The notes beneath the pieces were generated by a model. That model was not told the origin of the DNA. It saw nothing but the letters and a program-made list of their open reading frames with translations, and did not search any database. Shown here in pieces: positions 9,237 to 19,429 of a stretch of 64,000 nt of DNA. The translations under genes were made by a program, and so were the position numbers. Source of the DNA: Polyangiaceae bacterium (GTDB taxonomy: Bacteria; Myxococcota_A; Polyangia; Polyangiales; Polyangiaceae); assembly GCA_033763455.1 (NCBI GenBank), contig JANRKO010000023.1:160001-224000 (forward strand), given 5' to 3'. The first letter of the stretch is position 1, and each line of letters opens with the position of its first letter.

Positions 9237-10427
9237 TTAGGCAATCAACCGGTGCTCCTCTGCATACCACCGCCCACGCGCAACGTCGACACCCGCACGC
9301 TTAAGCGTGTCTTCTTTTTGGGCATCTATCTTGCGGCCCTTGGCCAATTGATTGGCAAAATTCACCGCGACAGCGAGGTGAAGCTCAATGCCTATCGTAG
9401 AGAACTCGGTGTGATGTAACAAGACCGCGTCTACCAGGTCGACCGGGAAGCCCCAAAGCGCAAGTAAGTAGGCCCCCACCTCACTGTGAGTGGTTCCAAA
9501 AAGTTCACGCTCTACACTATGCACCGGCGCTTGCCCGTCGGCGGACGCGCGCAGGACCTCAGCGTACATAGTCGGCACCCGTGCCGCTAAGACGAGCTTT
9601 CCAAAATCATGAAATAGCCCAGCCAAAAACGCGTCATCCTTCTTTGGAGCGCGATCAAACAGATTGCGGGCCACCTGCGCCACGGCGAGGCTATGGCTCT
9701 GCAAACCTTCTAACGAAAACGAACAATGAGCGGGCAGCTTGAAGCTTTCGAAGACCTTTGCGCTCAGCGCGAGCCCTTTGACTGTGTTGAGCCCAACATA
9801 CATTACCGCCTCAGACACACTGTGGATCTTACGCGGCAAGCCAAAGTAAGCGGAGGTTGCAAGGCGCAAGATGGACGCGGAAAGGGCCGGGTCCTGCTCG
9901 ATAACACTGGCAACTTCTCGGGCCGAGGCATCATCCTTCTGCAGCACACGCCGAAGCGCCATCAAGGTTTTGGGCGGAGAAGGCAGAGCATCGCCTTGGC
10001 CTACCACCTTGCGCAGCCAAGGGTCGACCACGAGCTCCCGTATGCGCGCACATTGTCTGAGCTTCATCAGCAGCGCGGTCTCGTCCGAAGCCAATGCCAG
10101 GGTTTGATGAGCTACCGAATTTACGGGGGGTGATTCTACGCCTGCTCCAGCCTGTAAGAACAGTAGTCGCAAGACCTGTGGCTGGCTCGAAGCCACCTTC
10201 CCGAGAAGCTCCGGGCCAGAGCCATCCACCAGCTTCTCCTGAGTCACCACCGCGTCGATCAGCCCTAAGTCGAGAACCCGAAGTGCACCTTCCGTTGTAT
10301 CGGCTGTTACAACCTGAAAGGTCGCGTCCCGTTCGGAGACTTTTTCTCTGAGCTTTTTGGCTCGTTCGCGGTCACTGTCGACGACTAGGATCTTCATTGG
10401 GGAGTTTTGCTGAACCTCGGCAGTCAT
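9237..10427 (-). CDS. Receiver-like + HDOD domain protein
   Basis: KILVVD receiver N-terminus; HDOD motifs LPSPP, IEQDPALSASILRLA, AGLFHDFGKL, HSEVGAYLLALWGFP. Confidence 0.88.
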   Translation of the reverse strand: MTAEVQQNSPMKILVVDSDRERAKKLREKVSERDATFQVVTADTTEGALRVLDLGLIDAVVTQEKLVDGSGPELLGKVASSQPQVLRLLFLQAGAGVESPPVNSVAHQTLALASDETALLMKLRQCARIRELVVDPWLRKVVGQGDALPSPPKTLMALRRVLQKDDASAREVASVIEQDPALSASILRLATSAYFGLPRKIHSVSEAVMYVGLNTVKGLALSAKVFESFKLPAHCSFSLEGLQSHSLAVAQVARNLFDRAPKKDDAFLAGLFHDFGKLVLAARVPTMYAEVLRASADGQAPVHSVERELFGTTHSEVGAYLLALWGFPVDLVDAVLLHHTEFSTIGIELHLAVAVNFANQLAKGRKIDAQKEDTLKRAGVDVARGRWYAEEHRLIA

Positions 10428-10556
10428 TGGGGTCGGGGTTGCGCCCACTTTCGGGTCTGGCGCACCCGTTCACGATCTTCGAACGGCAGGTCCCACTCAG
10501 TCCTTAGCGCTTTGGTGTGAAAGGCCCTTAAGCGCCTCCGTAGCGTCGCTTTCTGA

Positions 10557-12917
10557 ATGTGGGTGTCTCAGCCCGAGACACCGAGCCTTCGATGCGCTCA
10601 AGCTCAGGTCTCAACCGGCCGTATGGAACCTCACATGCCCCTGCCCGTACTGCCTGGCTTAAAAGAGCGCTCCTTATTCGCTCATCTAGTCCCCGGGCTT
10701 CTCTGCAAGCTTACCTTGGGCGGGAAGTTCCTCGAGGTTTCAGAGGAGCTGGCGACCGTGCTCGGAGCTCCAACCGACACCTGGATCGGTCGCGGACTGG
10801 ATGAAGCGGTAGCGGCAGATGAACGTGAAATCGTACTTTCGGAAGTACAGAGCCTCTCGCTGGGTGCCCCCATCAGCTTCGACACGACGTGCACCCAGGG
10901 AGAAAAGCGCCGGGTGCTGCGTTGGTGGCTCGCGCTCGAGCCCCAGGAGCGGGTCATCCTAGCTGCCGCGTTGGACGTCACCGAGGCAGCTTCGCTCAAA
11001 CACAAGATGCACCTGCAACACGAGGTTCAACAAGCCGAAGTCTCAGCGCAGCGCGATCTTAATCAGTTGAACGCGCGAGTGTTCAACGCACCCGTAGGCA
11101 TCTACCAAACCGACCGGCATGGCCGATTCGTGTTTGTGAACCGTCGTTGGCAGGACCTTACGGGAATGACAGACGAGGAGGCTTTGGGAATTGGTTGGGC
11201 CCGCTCCGTCCACGCAGACGAACGTCACAAAGTGCTTGGCACCTGGCAGAGCATCACTGATCGCGGTGAAGACTTCTCTCAAGAGTTTCGCGTTGTGCGG
11301 CCCGACGGGAGCCTGCGTTGGGTGGTGGCCGAAGCGAGCCCGATGCGCCAAGACGGCCAAATCACTGGATACCTGGGGGTTGTGGCGGACGTAACTGAAC
11401 GAGTCCACGCCCAGCTTGAAGCGGAGCAAAACAAGCTTTTCGTAGAGCGCATTACTGAGTCCACGCCGTACGCGGTCTACCTCTACGATTTGGACCGTCG
11501 TTCTTACCTCTATTCCAACCGAGGCATGGCCAAGATCCTCGGCTATCCTCCCGAAGAAACCGCGCCCGATGTAGCGGCACTCTTTCAGAGCATTATCCAC
11601 CCTGAAGATCTGCCTAGGTTTCGCGACCATTTAGAGCGTTTGCGGGAGGCTCGCGACGGCACCATTGTACCCTTTGAAGGTCGCGTTCAGCATTACGAGG
11701 GGAACTGGCTCTGGTTGTTGTCACGCGACACAGTTTTCAAGCGGGGTTCCGATGGATCGGTAGTTCAGATCTTGGGAACTATCGAAGATACTACTCAGCG
11801 CAAAGAAGCGCAGGAAGAGATCTCAGAAGCGAACCACAAGCTGAAAAGCTGGGCCGAAGAGCTCGAAAGAAAGAACAAAGAAACCGATATCCTGCGCGAA
11901 ATGAGTGAGCTTCTGCAAACCTGCCGCGATGATGAAGAGGCCTTCCAGGTGATTGGCTGCATCATGCGCAAGCTCTTTCCCACCCAGCCCGGAGCACTCT
12001 CCATCCTCTCTTTATCTCGAAAGCGCCTGGAGCAAGTGGTTACCTGGGGCGGCGCAGAGGCGGCCCCCATTGCGCTACGGCCAGTCTATTCACCCGAAGA
12101 TTGTTGGGCGGTTCGTCGAGGCAACGCCCATCGCGTGGACGATCCCTCGCTCGATCTTGTTTGCGCCCATGTCGATGCCGGCCATCTGGGCCCCTACACC
12201 TGCGCCCCCATGATAGCGCGAGGCACCTTGCTCGGCGTATTGCATGTGGCACACCCCGAACAAACGGTGCACGCTGGGCGCCCGCTCATTCTTGCGGTTG
12301 CAGACGGCATTGAGCTCGCGTTAGCAAACGTAAAGCTCAGAATGACGCTGCGCGACCAAGCAATTCGCGAACCCCTCACCGGCCTATACAACCGCAGATA
12401 CATGGAGGAGGGCCTTGATCAGGCCATTTACCGAGCAAAACGTCATTCACAACCACTCACCGTTGTAATGATAGACGTGGATCACTTCAAACGCTTCAAC
12501 GATACTTTCGGACACGACGCGGGCGATCTCCTGCTCAAGGAGCTTGGTCGGGTTCTCAAGCTCCGTGTGCGCCGGGAAGACATTGCTTGCCGTTTTGGTG
12601 GCGAAGAATTTGCCCTCATTCTGCCGGAATGTTCGGTTCCGAACGCTTTAGAGCGGCTAAGGAAACTGACCGCTGAAGTAAAGGCCATGAAGCTCCACCA
12701 CGACGGAAGAGCGCTCGGGACGGTCACGCTCAGCGTGGGCGTTGCGGTATTTCCTGAGCATGGGCAAACACCCGAGCTGTTGCTGCGCCGTGCCGACGAG
12801 GCGCTCTATCAAGCCAAGCTCCAAGGTCGCGACCAAATCCGCGTCGCCTACACGGATCCAAACGTGAGCCCAACGTCCGAGCCGCCCTCTGCGCGCAACC
12901 CGTCGCTGGTGGCGTAG
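10557..12917 (+). CDS. PAS-PAS-PAS-GAF diguanylate cyclase
   Basis: PAS/PAC motifs (VHADER, IHPED), a GAF-like segment (CWAVRRG), EPLTGLYNRRY, DVDHFKRFND, an RRED I-site and GGEEF. The true start may be 10622 or 10635. Confidence 0.93.
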   Translation: MWVSQPETPSLRCAQAQVSTGRMEPHMPLPVLPGLKERSLFAHLVPGLLCKLTLGGKFLEVSEELATVLGAPTDTWIGRGLDEAVAADEREIVLSEVQSLSLGAPISFDTTCTQGEKRRVLRWWLALEPQERVILAAALDVTEAASLKHKMHLQHEVQQAEVSAQRDLNQLNARVFNAPVGIYQTDRHGRFVFVNRRWQDLTGMTDEEALGIGWARSVHADERHKVLGTWQSITDRGEDFSQEFRVVRPDGSLRWVVAEASPMRQDGQITGYLGVVADVTERVHAQLEAEQNKLFVERITESTPYAVYLYDLDRRSYLYSNRGMAKILGYPPEETAPDVAALFQSIIHPEDLPRFRDHLERLREARDGTIVPFEGRVQHYEGNWLWLLSRDTVFKRGSDGSVVQILGTIEDTTQRKEAQEEISEANHKLKSWAEELERKNKETDILREMSELLQTCRDDEEAFQVIGCIMRKLFPTQPGALSILSLSRKRLEQVVTWGGAEAAPIALRPVYSPEDCWAVRRGNAHRVDDPSLDLVCAHVDAGHLGPYTCAPMIARGTLLGVLHVAHPEQTVHAGRPLILAVADGIELALANVKLRMTLRDQAIREPLTGLYNRRYMEEGLDQAIYRAKRHSQPLTVVMIDVDHFKRFNDTFGHDAGDLLLKELGRVLKLRVRREDIACRFGGEEFALILPECSVPNALERLRKLTAEVKAMKLHHDGRALGTVTLSVGVAVFPEHGQTPELLLRRADEALYQAKLQGRDQIRVAYTDPNVSPTSEPPSARNPSLVA

Positions 12918-12962
12918 GGCACCGAGCGGTTAACTCCTAGTCTCGAGAAGGAGCTGCCTGCC

Positions 12963-15887
12963 TTATCGACAACGTTTAGACCGCGTTGAGGCCGTCGCGG
13001 TGCGGCCGTTGAGCGACCAAACCAGATTTCCCGAGGTGAAGTCCACGGCAAACGTGTCCACCTGTCGACCAGGCATGAAGAGCGTACTTTGACCGCGATC
13101 GATCGGAGCCGGCGTGAACTTATTCTGTGACCCAATCGGGATGGTGACGGGGAGTAGATTAGGATTCTTGTAGCCGAAATGTGCTGTATAGATGCCGGCC
13201 TGCTCGGTGACACATTCGAGCACGGCACTGACCTTCGCGGTAGGTGCGCTCCCGAGTGTGAAGCGCGCCACCAATGGGTCGTGGTCACTGGCTTGGTCGA
13301 GGAACTCTGCATTCACGTGGACGATGTCAAAGCCCGAAAGTGGGGCGCCGGCCAGGCTCGGGCTCACCAAAATGTGGTCCAGAGCCTGAGAGTTGCCCTC
13401 GAAGACGTAGGTGTAGCGTTCTCCGGGAGGTAGATTTTCCACGAGCGGGCTGAGACCCACCGATTTGAGCACCGACATGGGAGCCGAGAATTCAAAGTCG
13501 TTGATGTCCCCTGCGACTAGGACAGCCGCCTGTGGATCAATGGCCATGAGCGACTGGACGAAAGTGGCGACGACGGTGGCTTGCCCGATGCGCTGCGCTT
13601 CGGAGCTCAATGTTGGAGGCTGAAAGCGCCCGAAAAGGCCCTGGTCGCCACCTTTCGAGTTGAAGTGATTAGCCACCAGAAAAAGCTTCTTTCCATTGAA
13701 CTGGAACTCACCGACGAGCGGCTTGCGGCTGCTGGAGAAAGCTGTGTTGAGTGGATCGATACGGCCTGGACTAAAGGTAAGCTCTGGCATCCCGGCGTTG
13801 TTGAACGCCGTGGTCGCCGTAGTAGCACTAGCGCCAGGGCGATCGACGAAGCTCAAACCACGGTCCGTTCGGAAAAGGAAAGCCACCCGAATGTTGCCTC
13901 CGGGCTCTCCGCCATCCTTGTTATTTTCTGGGTCAATCGAGCGGTAGTCGTAAGTTGGTCCACCCGCAGCCTGGATGGCGCCAATAAGTGCTGCAAACGT
14001 CTGCGTGGCCTCAACCGTCCCGTCGTTGATGGGTCCGTTGTTGTCCTGCACTTCTTCGAGTGTCAGCAGATCTGGCGCACCAAGGTTATTTACTATCAAG
14101 CCTGCCAGCCGTTGGAACTTCTCTGCAGGGTCGAGCGCATCGAGGTTTTCCACGTTGAACGATGCCACGGTCAATTGCTGGGCCAAAGGGGCACCGAAGC
14201 TGACTGTTTCTTGAGTCAGGCCGCCACTGGTCAGGCTCGGCAGGGTGGTAGCCAGGAGCTTGAAGTTGCCAAAAGAGTAATCCAGAATGCCTTCAACCGT
14301 ACCCAGGAACCGATCGGCGACATTGGCGTCAGGCAGAACAATGCTGTTCGGCAGAGCATCGGATAGGAAGACTCGCTCGGGATTGAAATCCGCGCTGGCG
14401 ATCACGATCCCTCCGCGCCCTGTAAGGGTTGCAGCGGAAGCACCGCCATCGGCAAGCAGCGCGATTTCCTTGTTCTGACTTGCCCCGGATCCGAAGGTTC
14501 GCGTGGGGCCCGCGACCTGCGCGTTGGCGATCTCGACGCGCATGCCCTCAAGGCTTTCGTAGAAGTCAATCCCGTCCGCAGCAGGGTCGAACACGGCGGA
14601 AGAAGTTTCGACGCTGCCAGCGCCGTCGTCGTCGATCACGGAGGCGGGAACGATGCGTCCACCTTGACCCAGCCGAACGGGTGCGGGCAGCGCATTGCCG
14701 TTCGTGAGCACGGTGATAGTCGTGGGACGGTTGACCTCCGTGATCGTGAGGTTGTGGTAGGCGCTGCTCGTGGTGGAACAGCTCGGTGTGCATCCGGGAC
14801 GAAACTCTGTGATGGGCCCCGTTACGAGCACTGAATCACCCACGTTCACACCAGGAGCGCTCCCTGTGAACACCAGAATCCCTTCTGACGTGGCGTCGTC
14901 GGAGTCGTGGGACGGATCTTGAAGGTAGAAACCGTTGTTGGTAAGCGCCGTAACGATGCCGGGGAGATTGGTCACGCTCTGGCCGTTGCGTGGGGAAAGG
15001 TGCGACGCGCCCTGAACATCTCGAATGCGGAGTGGGCCGGAGCTTGGGGCGCCGCCCGAGCTCGTGCCACCTGAACTTGTACCGCCCGTCTCGCTGCCCG
15101 CGGCTCCCCCTTGCCCCGCTTGACCTGCTCCCCCGCCATTGCCGCCTGAACCGGATCCCCCGGATCCGCCTCCTGGATTGGAGCACGCGGAAAGCGGCGA
15201 GGACGAATTACGCGGTTCCACAGCCCCCACCGAGAAGTCCGCGGCATTGTTATTCGTGTCCACACAGCCGCCACCGAGGCGCTGGACCGACGTACTGTTG
15301 CTGGTGGCCGGAGTTGGGCTCCCGCCTTCGGAGAAGTTGGCCGCACCGTAGCCCACAAGGTCGATGACCTGAGCCATTTGGGCGGCGGAACACGGAGTCG
15401 AACTTCCATTAAATCCGAGCGATGAAGCGGTGTTGACGAGTGCCACTTTTCCGCCGGTAGCACTCATAGCGATGGGCGACGCGTCAACTAGATCGGGCGT
15501 GGGGAGCGCGGCGGCTCCGAGAGTCGATCCAACTGCTTCCTGGATGAGATAGGATTGCCCTGGTGCCAGCATCACCGCCGGGAGCTCAGTGAGCTGGGTG
15601 GTGGTGCTGCCAAAGTTGCCCGTGCCGCTGGCGCTTGCGTACTGGACGGACCAACCCGCGAGGTTCACCGGAACGCTGCCTCGGTTGAATAACTCAATGA
15701 AATCATGAGTATAAGGCCCGCCGGCGTTACCACCGCCGCCAAACACTTGCCGGATGACGACGTCTGAGCTGACCGCGAGGTCAAATGACCTGGACGCGGA
15801 ACGCTCAGACTCGGTAGCGGAGCATGCCGCCAGAACCATGCCCAAAGCTGTGATCCCAAAAACCGCGCGATATACCCGTGCCTGCAT
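12963..15887 (-). CDS. Extracellular nuclease lipoprotein (lamin-tail domain + OB fold + endonuclease/exonuclease/phosphatase domain)
   Basis: Lipobox LAAC; LTD motif VVIRQVFGGGGN..DFIELFN; GFYLQD; FNVEN, NHFNSK, GDIND, LDHIL and SDHDP EEP motifs. Confidence 0.9.
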   Translation of the reverse strand: MQARVYRAVFGITALGMVLAACSATESERSASRSFDLAVSSDVVIRQVFGGGGNAGGPYTHDFIELFNRGSVPVNLAGWSVQYASASGTGNFGSTTTQLTELPAVMLAPGQSYLIQEAVGSTLGAAALPTPDLVDASPIAMSATGGKVALVNTASSLGFNGSSTPCSAAQMAQVIDLVGYGAANFSEGGSPTPATSNSTSVQRLGGGCVDTNNNAADFSVGAVEPRNSSSPLSACSNPGGGSGGSGSGGNGGGAGQAGQGGAAGSETGGTSSGGTSSGGAPSSGPLRIRDVQGASHLSPRNGQSVTNLPGIVTALTNNGFYLQDPSHDSDDATSEGILVFTGSAPGVNVGDSVLVTGPITEFRPGCTPSCSTTSSAYHNLTITEVNRPTTITVLTNGNALPAPVRLGQGGRIVPASVIDDDGAGSVETSSAVFDPAADGIDFYESLEGMRVEIANAQVAGPTRTFGSGASQNKEIALLADGGASAATLTGRGGIVIASADFNPERVFLSDALPNSIVLPDANVADRFLGTVEGILDYSFGNFKLLATTLPSLTSGGLTQETVSFGAPLAQQLTVASFNVENLDALDPAEKFQRLAGLIVNNLGAPDLLTLEEVQDNNGPINDGTVEATQTFAALIGAIQAAGGPTYDYRSIDPENNKDGGEPGGNIRVAFLFRTDRGLSFVDRPGASATTATTAFNNAGMPELTFSPGRIDPLNTAFSSSRKPLVGEFQFNGKKLFLVANHFNSKGGDQGLFGRFQPPTLSSEAQRIGQATVVATFVQSLMAIDPQAAVLVAGDINDFEFSAPMSVLKSVGLSPLVENLPPGERYTYVFEGNSQALDHILVSPSLAGAPLSGFDIVHVNAEFLDQASDHDPLVARFTLGSAPTAKVSAVLECVTEQAGIYTAHFGYKNPNLLPVTIPIGSQNKFTPAPIDRGQSTLFMPGRQVDTFAVDFTSGNLVWSLNGRTATASTRSKRCR

Positions 15888-16009
15888 GATGAGTAATCCT
15901 CTCTGTGACCTGGGGCGCACAGCCGCAACGAGTGTTGCGGTCTGACGCTATGGGTAAGACCTATACTTCAGGGCGCGCGCGCTTCGTAAAACGTTCTCGC
16001 AATGATGCT

Positions 16010-16025
16010 GTGACTTGTGTGTGAT
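16010..16025 (-). promoter_or_regulatory. Pho-box-like direct repeat ATCAC-N6-GTCAC upstream of the nuclease
   Basis: The plus strand has GTGAC at 16010 and GTGAT at 16021 (11-bp period). Confidence 0.5.
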
Positions 16026-16190
16026 TCGCGAGCTCGGAAAGAGAGCTCGGCCGGCTGGCGCGTTCGCTGCTTCTCAGCGATTAGACTGAAACATCCCTAG
16101 CTTTGCATGGGGTGAGTGTTTCATTCGTGTGCAGTGGGCTCATCCAGACGCCGCGATGTTAAAAGGTATTGGCCTCGGGCAGCGACTGAA

Positions 16191-16556
16191 TCAGCGCGTG
16201 CCCACTAGGACGCTGAGCATGAATCTGAGCATCCCGGGGTCCCCCTTGCAGACGTAGCCCGCCGCCCCGGTTTGCTCGACCGCCAACCGCAAGGAATCCT
16301 CGTCATTCGACGAGTAGAGTACGACGCGGGCAATCGTCTCCTTGATGAGCAGGGGGGCCAGACGATCGCCGCTCAAGCCGGGCATGTTGATGTCAACCAG
16401 CACCACGTCTGGCATGAACTCGTTTACCGCCCTGGTCGCACCAAAGGGACTGCCGTAAGTCTTTACTTCGTACCCCTCAAGGGTCAGCAATTCTCGCACC
16501 ATGTAGAGATGATTCTCATCATCATCGACTACAAGAACCCTTCCTCTTGCGATCAT
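16191..16556 (-). CDS. Single-domain response regulator
   Basis: VLVVDDD, LVDINMPGLSG, conserved Ser and Lys. ATGA overlap with the upstream histidine kinase. Confidence 0.92.
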   Translation of the reverse strand: MIARGRVLVVDDDENHLYMVRELLTLEGYEVKTYGSPFGATRAVNEFMPDVVLVDINMPGLSGDRLAPLLIKETIARVVLYSSNDEDSLRLAVEQTGAAGYVCKGDPGMLRFMLSVLVGTR

Positions 16557-17776
16557 AGCAATTCCTTCGTCGCTCCAAGTTTTGATCCTAGTGGAAGCCG
16601 TAAGGTAACGGTGGTTCCGGAATTGACCTGGCTGGTAAGGCTGAGCTTGCCACCCAAGAGCGCGGCGAGCCCACGGCTGATCACGAGCCCAAGTCCTGTA
16701 CCATCGCGGCTCCTCGTCCTCACGTCACCCACCTGGCTGAAAGCTTGAAACAGCCCACGCTGCTCCTCCTCGGAGATGCCAACCCCCGAATCCGAAACCA
16801 CAAACACCACCTCCCCTTCTTCTTCCCAGAGCTGTAGTCGGATCACCCCTTTTGACGTGAACTTCACGGCGTTGCTCACCAGGTTAGACAATATCTGACG
16901 GAGCTTGGTGCTATCTGTATACAACGCAACATCCACTGGCGCATCCACCACCACCTGAACGGGCAGGTCACCTATGAGCACCCGCGCGACTTCTGCTGAC
17001 TCGGTGAGGAGCGAAAGTGAGCTCACGAGTTCCACTCGAACCTCTACCTTGCCAGCTTCAAGCTTAGCATGGTCCAGAACACTATTGATCACCGCTCTTA
17101 GGTGGCTGGCGCTCGACTTTAGAACACGGACATGTTCGCCGAGCCTGTCCCCCTGGGCGTGGGCGTGGGCGCTTTCTATCAATTCTGATAGGCCAACGAT
17201 GGTGTTGGTTGGGGAACGGAGCTCATGAGTTACGTGGGCTAAGAAGCTCGACCTAAGGGCGGACATGCGCTCTACCTCTCGGCGCCGGGCCTCGGCGATG
17301 GCGTTAGCCTGTCGCACGCGGGCGAGATCATCGCTCAGGTGAAGGACGAGGCGTTTTATCGATAACATGCCAATATAGCGCCCATTTTTGTCCACGACGA
17401 TCAGGTCGTCATAGGCGTCTTGTTCTGGACGGGAAAACGCCAACGCCAACGCTTCATCGGCCGTGACGGCGGGGGAAATCTGGCATGCGTCCGTCTGAGT
17501 CAGTTCCCGAATCGGGCGGGCCCCGAACAGGGCATGACCGAAGCGCGTGAAAAGCTTCTGTGAAAGCTTGTTTCGGGTGACGAGGCCCAGGGGGATTCCG
17601 GCGCTCACGACTGCTAGCGCCTCCCACGAAGTCTCTCGAAACCAGCGTTCGGAAACTTCGTTGACTGTCAGTGCCGGTGGCAGCGTGGGCGTCTCCGTGA
17701 CGAGGCCTAGCAAACTGGGCTCACCCGGGGAATCGTGATGGATGTCGACGGCTGCGTTCACGAGGAGCCCAACCAC
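16553..17776 (-). CDS. Cytoplasmic histidine kinase with an N-terminal CBS pair
   Basis: H box THELRSP, N box NLVSNAVKFT, DSGVG and GTGLGL; CBS-like LGLVTR and LIVVDKNGRYIGML; no TM segment. Confidence 0.9.
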   Translation of the reverse strand: MVGLLVNAAVDIHHDSPGEPSLLGLVTETPTLPPALTVNEVSERWFRETSWEALAVVSAGIPLGLVTRNKLSQKLFTRFGHALFGARPIRELTQTDACQISPAVTADEALALAFSRPEQDAYDDLIVVDKNGRYIGMLSIKRLVLHLSDDLARVRQANAIAEARRREVERMSALRSSFLAHVTHELRSPTNTIVGLSELIESAHAHAQGDRLGEHVRVLKSSASHLRAVINSVLDHAKLEAGKVEVRVELVSSLSLLTESAEVARVLIGDLPVQVVVDAPVDVALYTDSTKLRQILSNLVSNAVKFTSKGVIRLQLWEEEGEVVFVVSDSGVGISEEEQRGLFQAFSQVGDVRTRSRDGTGLGLVISRGLAALLGGKLSLTSQVNSGTTVTLRLPLGSKLGATKELL

Positions 17777-17807
17777 ACAAGGTGCCTGAAGAGGTCGGAC
17801 GAGGGAG

Positions 17808-17823
17808 GTGACATCCTTGTGAC
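17808..17823 (-). promoter_or_regulatory. Pho-box-like direct repeat GTCAC-aaggat-GTCAC upstream of the CBS histidine kinase
   Basis: Exact GTGAC at 17808 and 17819 on the plus strand, inside an 84-bp intergenic gap. Confidence 0.55.
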
Positions 17824-17860
17824 GAGCTTTGGCATCGGCCGTTGTTTGAGTTGGACGGCC

Positions 17861-19408
17861 TTAGGTCCTCGTCCCATTCCCCAGATTTTCTGCCGTTTTC
17901 TGGAGCAAGGCGCGATCCTCCTCGCGCAGGATGAGCCTCGGGATCTTGTTCTGCCCACCCAGCTTGCCACGTGTTCGCATCCATTCGTGAAATGTCCCGC
18001 GAGGCACGACGCGTACGTCGGGAGCGTGCAACCCGTGCGAGGTGCCGCGGTGCACCTCATAATCGTCGTTCTGGGCGGCAATGTCGCAGTCGATCACCTG
18101 CGCGAAGCGGACAAGATCGGGCGTGGGCCCCTCCAGTTCTAGCCAATACACATGGCGCGCAGCACTGCTGCCATCGATTCCAACCTCAGTGGTGAGAGTG
18201 AAATCAACGAGACGCGCTGCTAGTTCCCTGGATGCACGGAGCACGGCACGTTCGAGCTCGCCTTGGGAAACATGTTCCCCCTGCACATTCACGAACGCCG
18301 CCGTCCGACCCTCGAACAACACTCGGTGGGGAAACACGCTGGTGAAACGCAGACAATCCCCAATGAGATAGGCGAAAATGCCGGACATCGTGGTGACCGC
18401 GATGGCGTACACGGCGTTCTTTTCCACCTCCCACAACGTGTAGCGACGGGGATTCTCCAACCCCACGTCCGCCTCCGGGACAAATTCGTAGAAGATGCCG
18501 TTGTCGGGCAAAAGCAGCATCGAAGGGTCGCGGGGGTCGTCCTGAACTCCGAGGATTCCGCCTTCTGTGGCACTATAGGTTTCCACGTAGGGCACGCGTC
18601 GACCCAAGCGCGCCTCAATGAGCCCCCGATAGGGTTCGTAAGCCACTCCACCCCCCGTTAGAAAGCTCAAGTTGGGCCAAACGTCGCAAATGGTGTCTGC
18701 TCCCTTGCCCCGTAGCTTTGCCTCGCCCAGTACTCTATCGAACAACCCTGGGAACCACGCGGGCGTTCCCACCAGCATCCGCACATCTTCCGCAACCGCT
18801 TCGCGGGCGGCTTCTCGGATCTTATCGTCCCAATTGGCAATGCCACGTGTGGTTGCGCTGGGGAGATACTTTCCATGCAACGCCCGAGGCACGTGACGCG
18901 CCATGACGCCCGTGTTATCGCCCACCAAAACACCGCAGGCTCGCTCTTCTAGCTTGGGTGAGCCGCCCAGCATCAGCACTTTGCCATCCAACAACTTTGA
19001 ATCACGCGTCCATGACAAGTAGGAAGCGATCGGTTCAAACCCTCCGCGTTGCTGCTGGCGCACTGAATCCGCGGATATCGGCAGGTACTTGTTACCCGCA
19101 GTAGTACCGCTTGTCATGCCAAAGTAGCGAATCTTTCCGGGCCAAGTAACGTTCTTATTGCCGGCAAGGGCTTGCTCAAACCAAGGCTTCAAGTCCTCGT
19201 AGCGCCGTAAGGGCACGCGCGCCTGAAAGCTTTTGACACTACTGATGCCCGAAAACCCATAGCGTTGACCGAACGACGTCATTTCTGCCCGACGCACGAG
19301 CGATGCGAGGGACGCTTCTTGGGCTCTGCGTGGATTTCTTGCAGCCAATCGTCGTTGTGCGGCTCGGGCGTGTCCCGCCAACACCAACCCACGACCGAGG
19401 ATGCTCAT
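17861..19408 (-). CDS. GH3-family acyl-adenylate/amido synthetase
   Basis: FQARVPLRRYEDL, TSGTTAGNKYLP, YSATEG, YLIGD and KLGGQNKIPRL match the GH3 family pattern. Confidence 0.88.
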   Translation of the reverse strand: MSILGRGLVLAGHARAAQRRLAARNPRRAQEASLASLVRRAEMTSFGQRYGFSGISSVKSFQARVPLRRYEDLKPWFEQALAGNKNVTWPGKIRYFGMTSGTTAGNKYLPISADSVRQQQRGGFEPIASYLSWTRDSKLLDGKVLMLGGSPKLEERACGVLVGDNTGVMARHVPRALHGKYLPSATTRGIANWDDKIREAAREAVAEDVRMLVGTPAWFPGLFDRVLGEAKLRGKGADTICDVWPNLSFLTGGGVAYEPYRGLIEARLGRRVPYVETYSATEGGILGVQDDPRDPSMLLLPDNGIFYEFVPEADVGLENPRRYTLWEVEKNAVYAIAVTTMSGIFAYLIGDCLRFTSVFPHRVLFEGRTAAFVNVQGEHVSQGELERAVLRASRELAARLVDFTLTTEVGIDGSSAARHVYWLELEGPTPDLVRFAQVIDCDIAAQNDDYEVHRGTSHGLHAPDVRVVPRGTFHEWMRTRGKLGGQNKIPRLILREEDRALLQKTAENLGNGTRT

Positions 19409-19429
19409 GGTGTCCTCATAAGCGGTGTG

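Noticed and set aside
15040..15180. Repetitive GC-rich tracts (also about 23160-23360 and 24820-25050)
   Set aside because: They encode Gly/Ser/Ala linkers of lipoproteins and are not CRISPR or DNA-level repeats.
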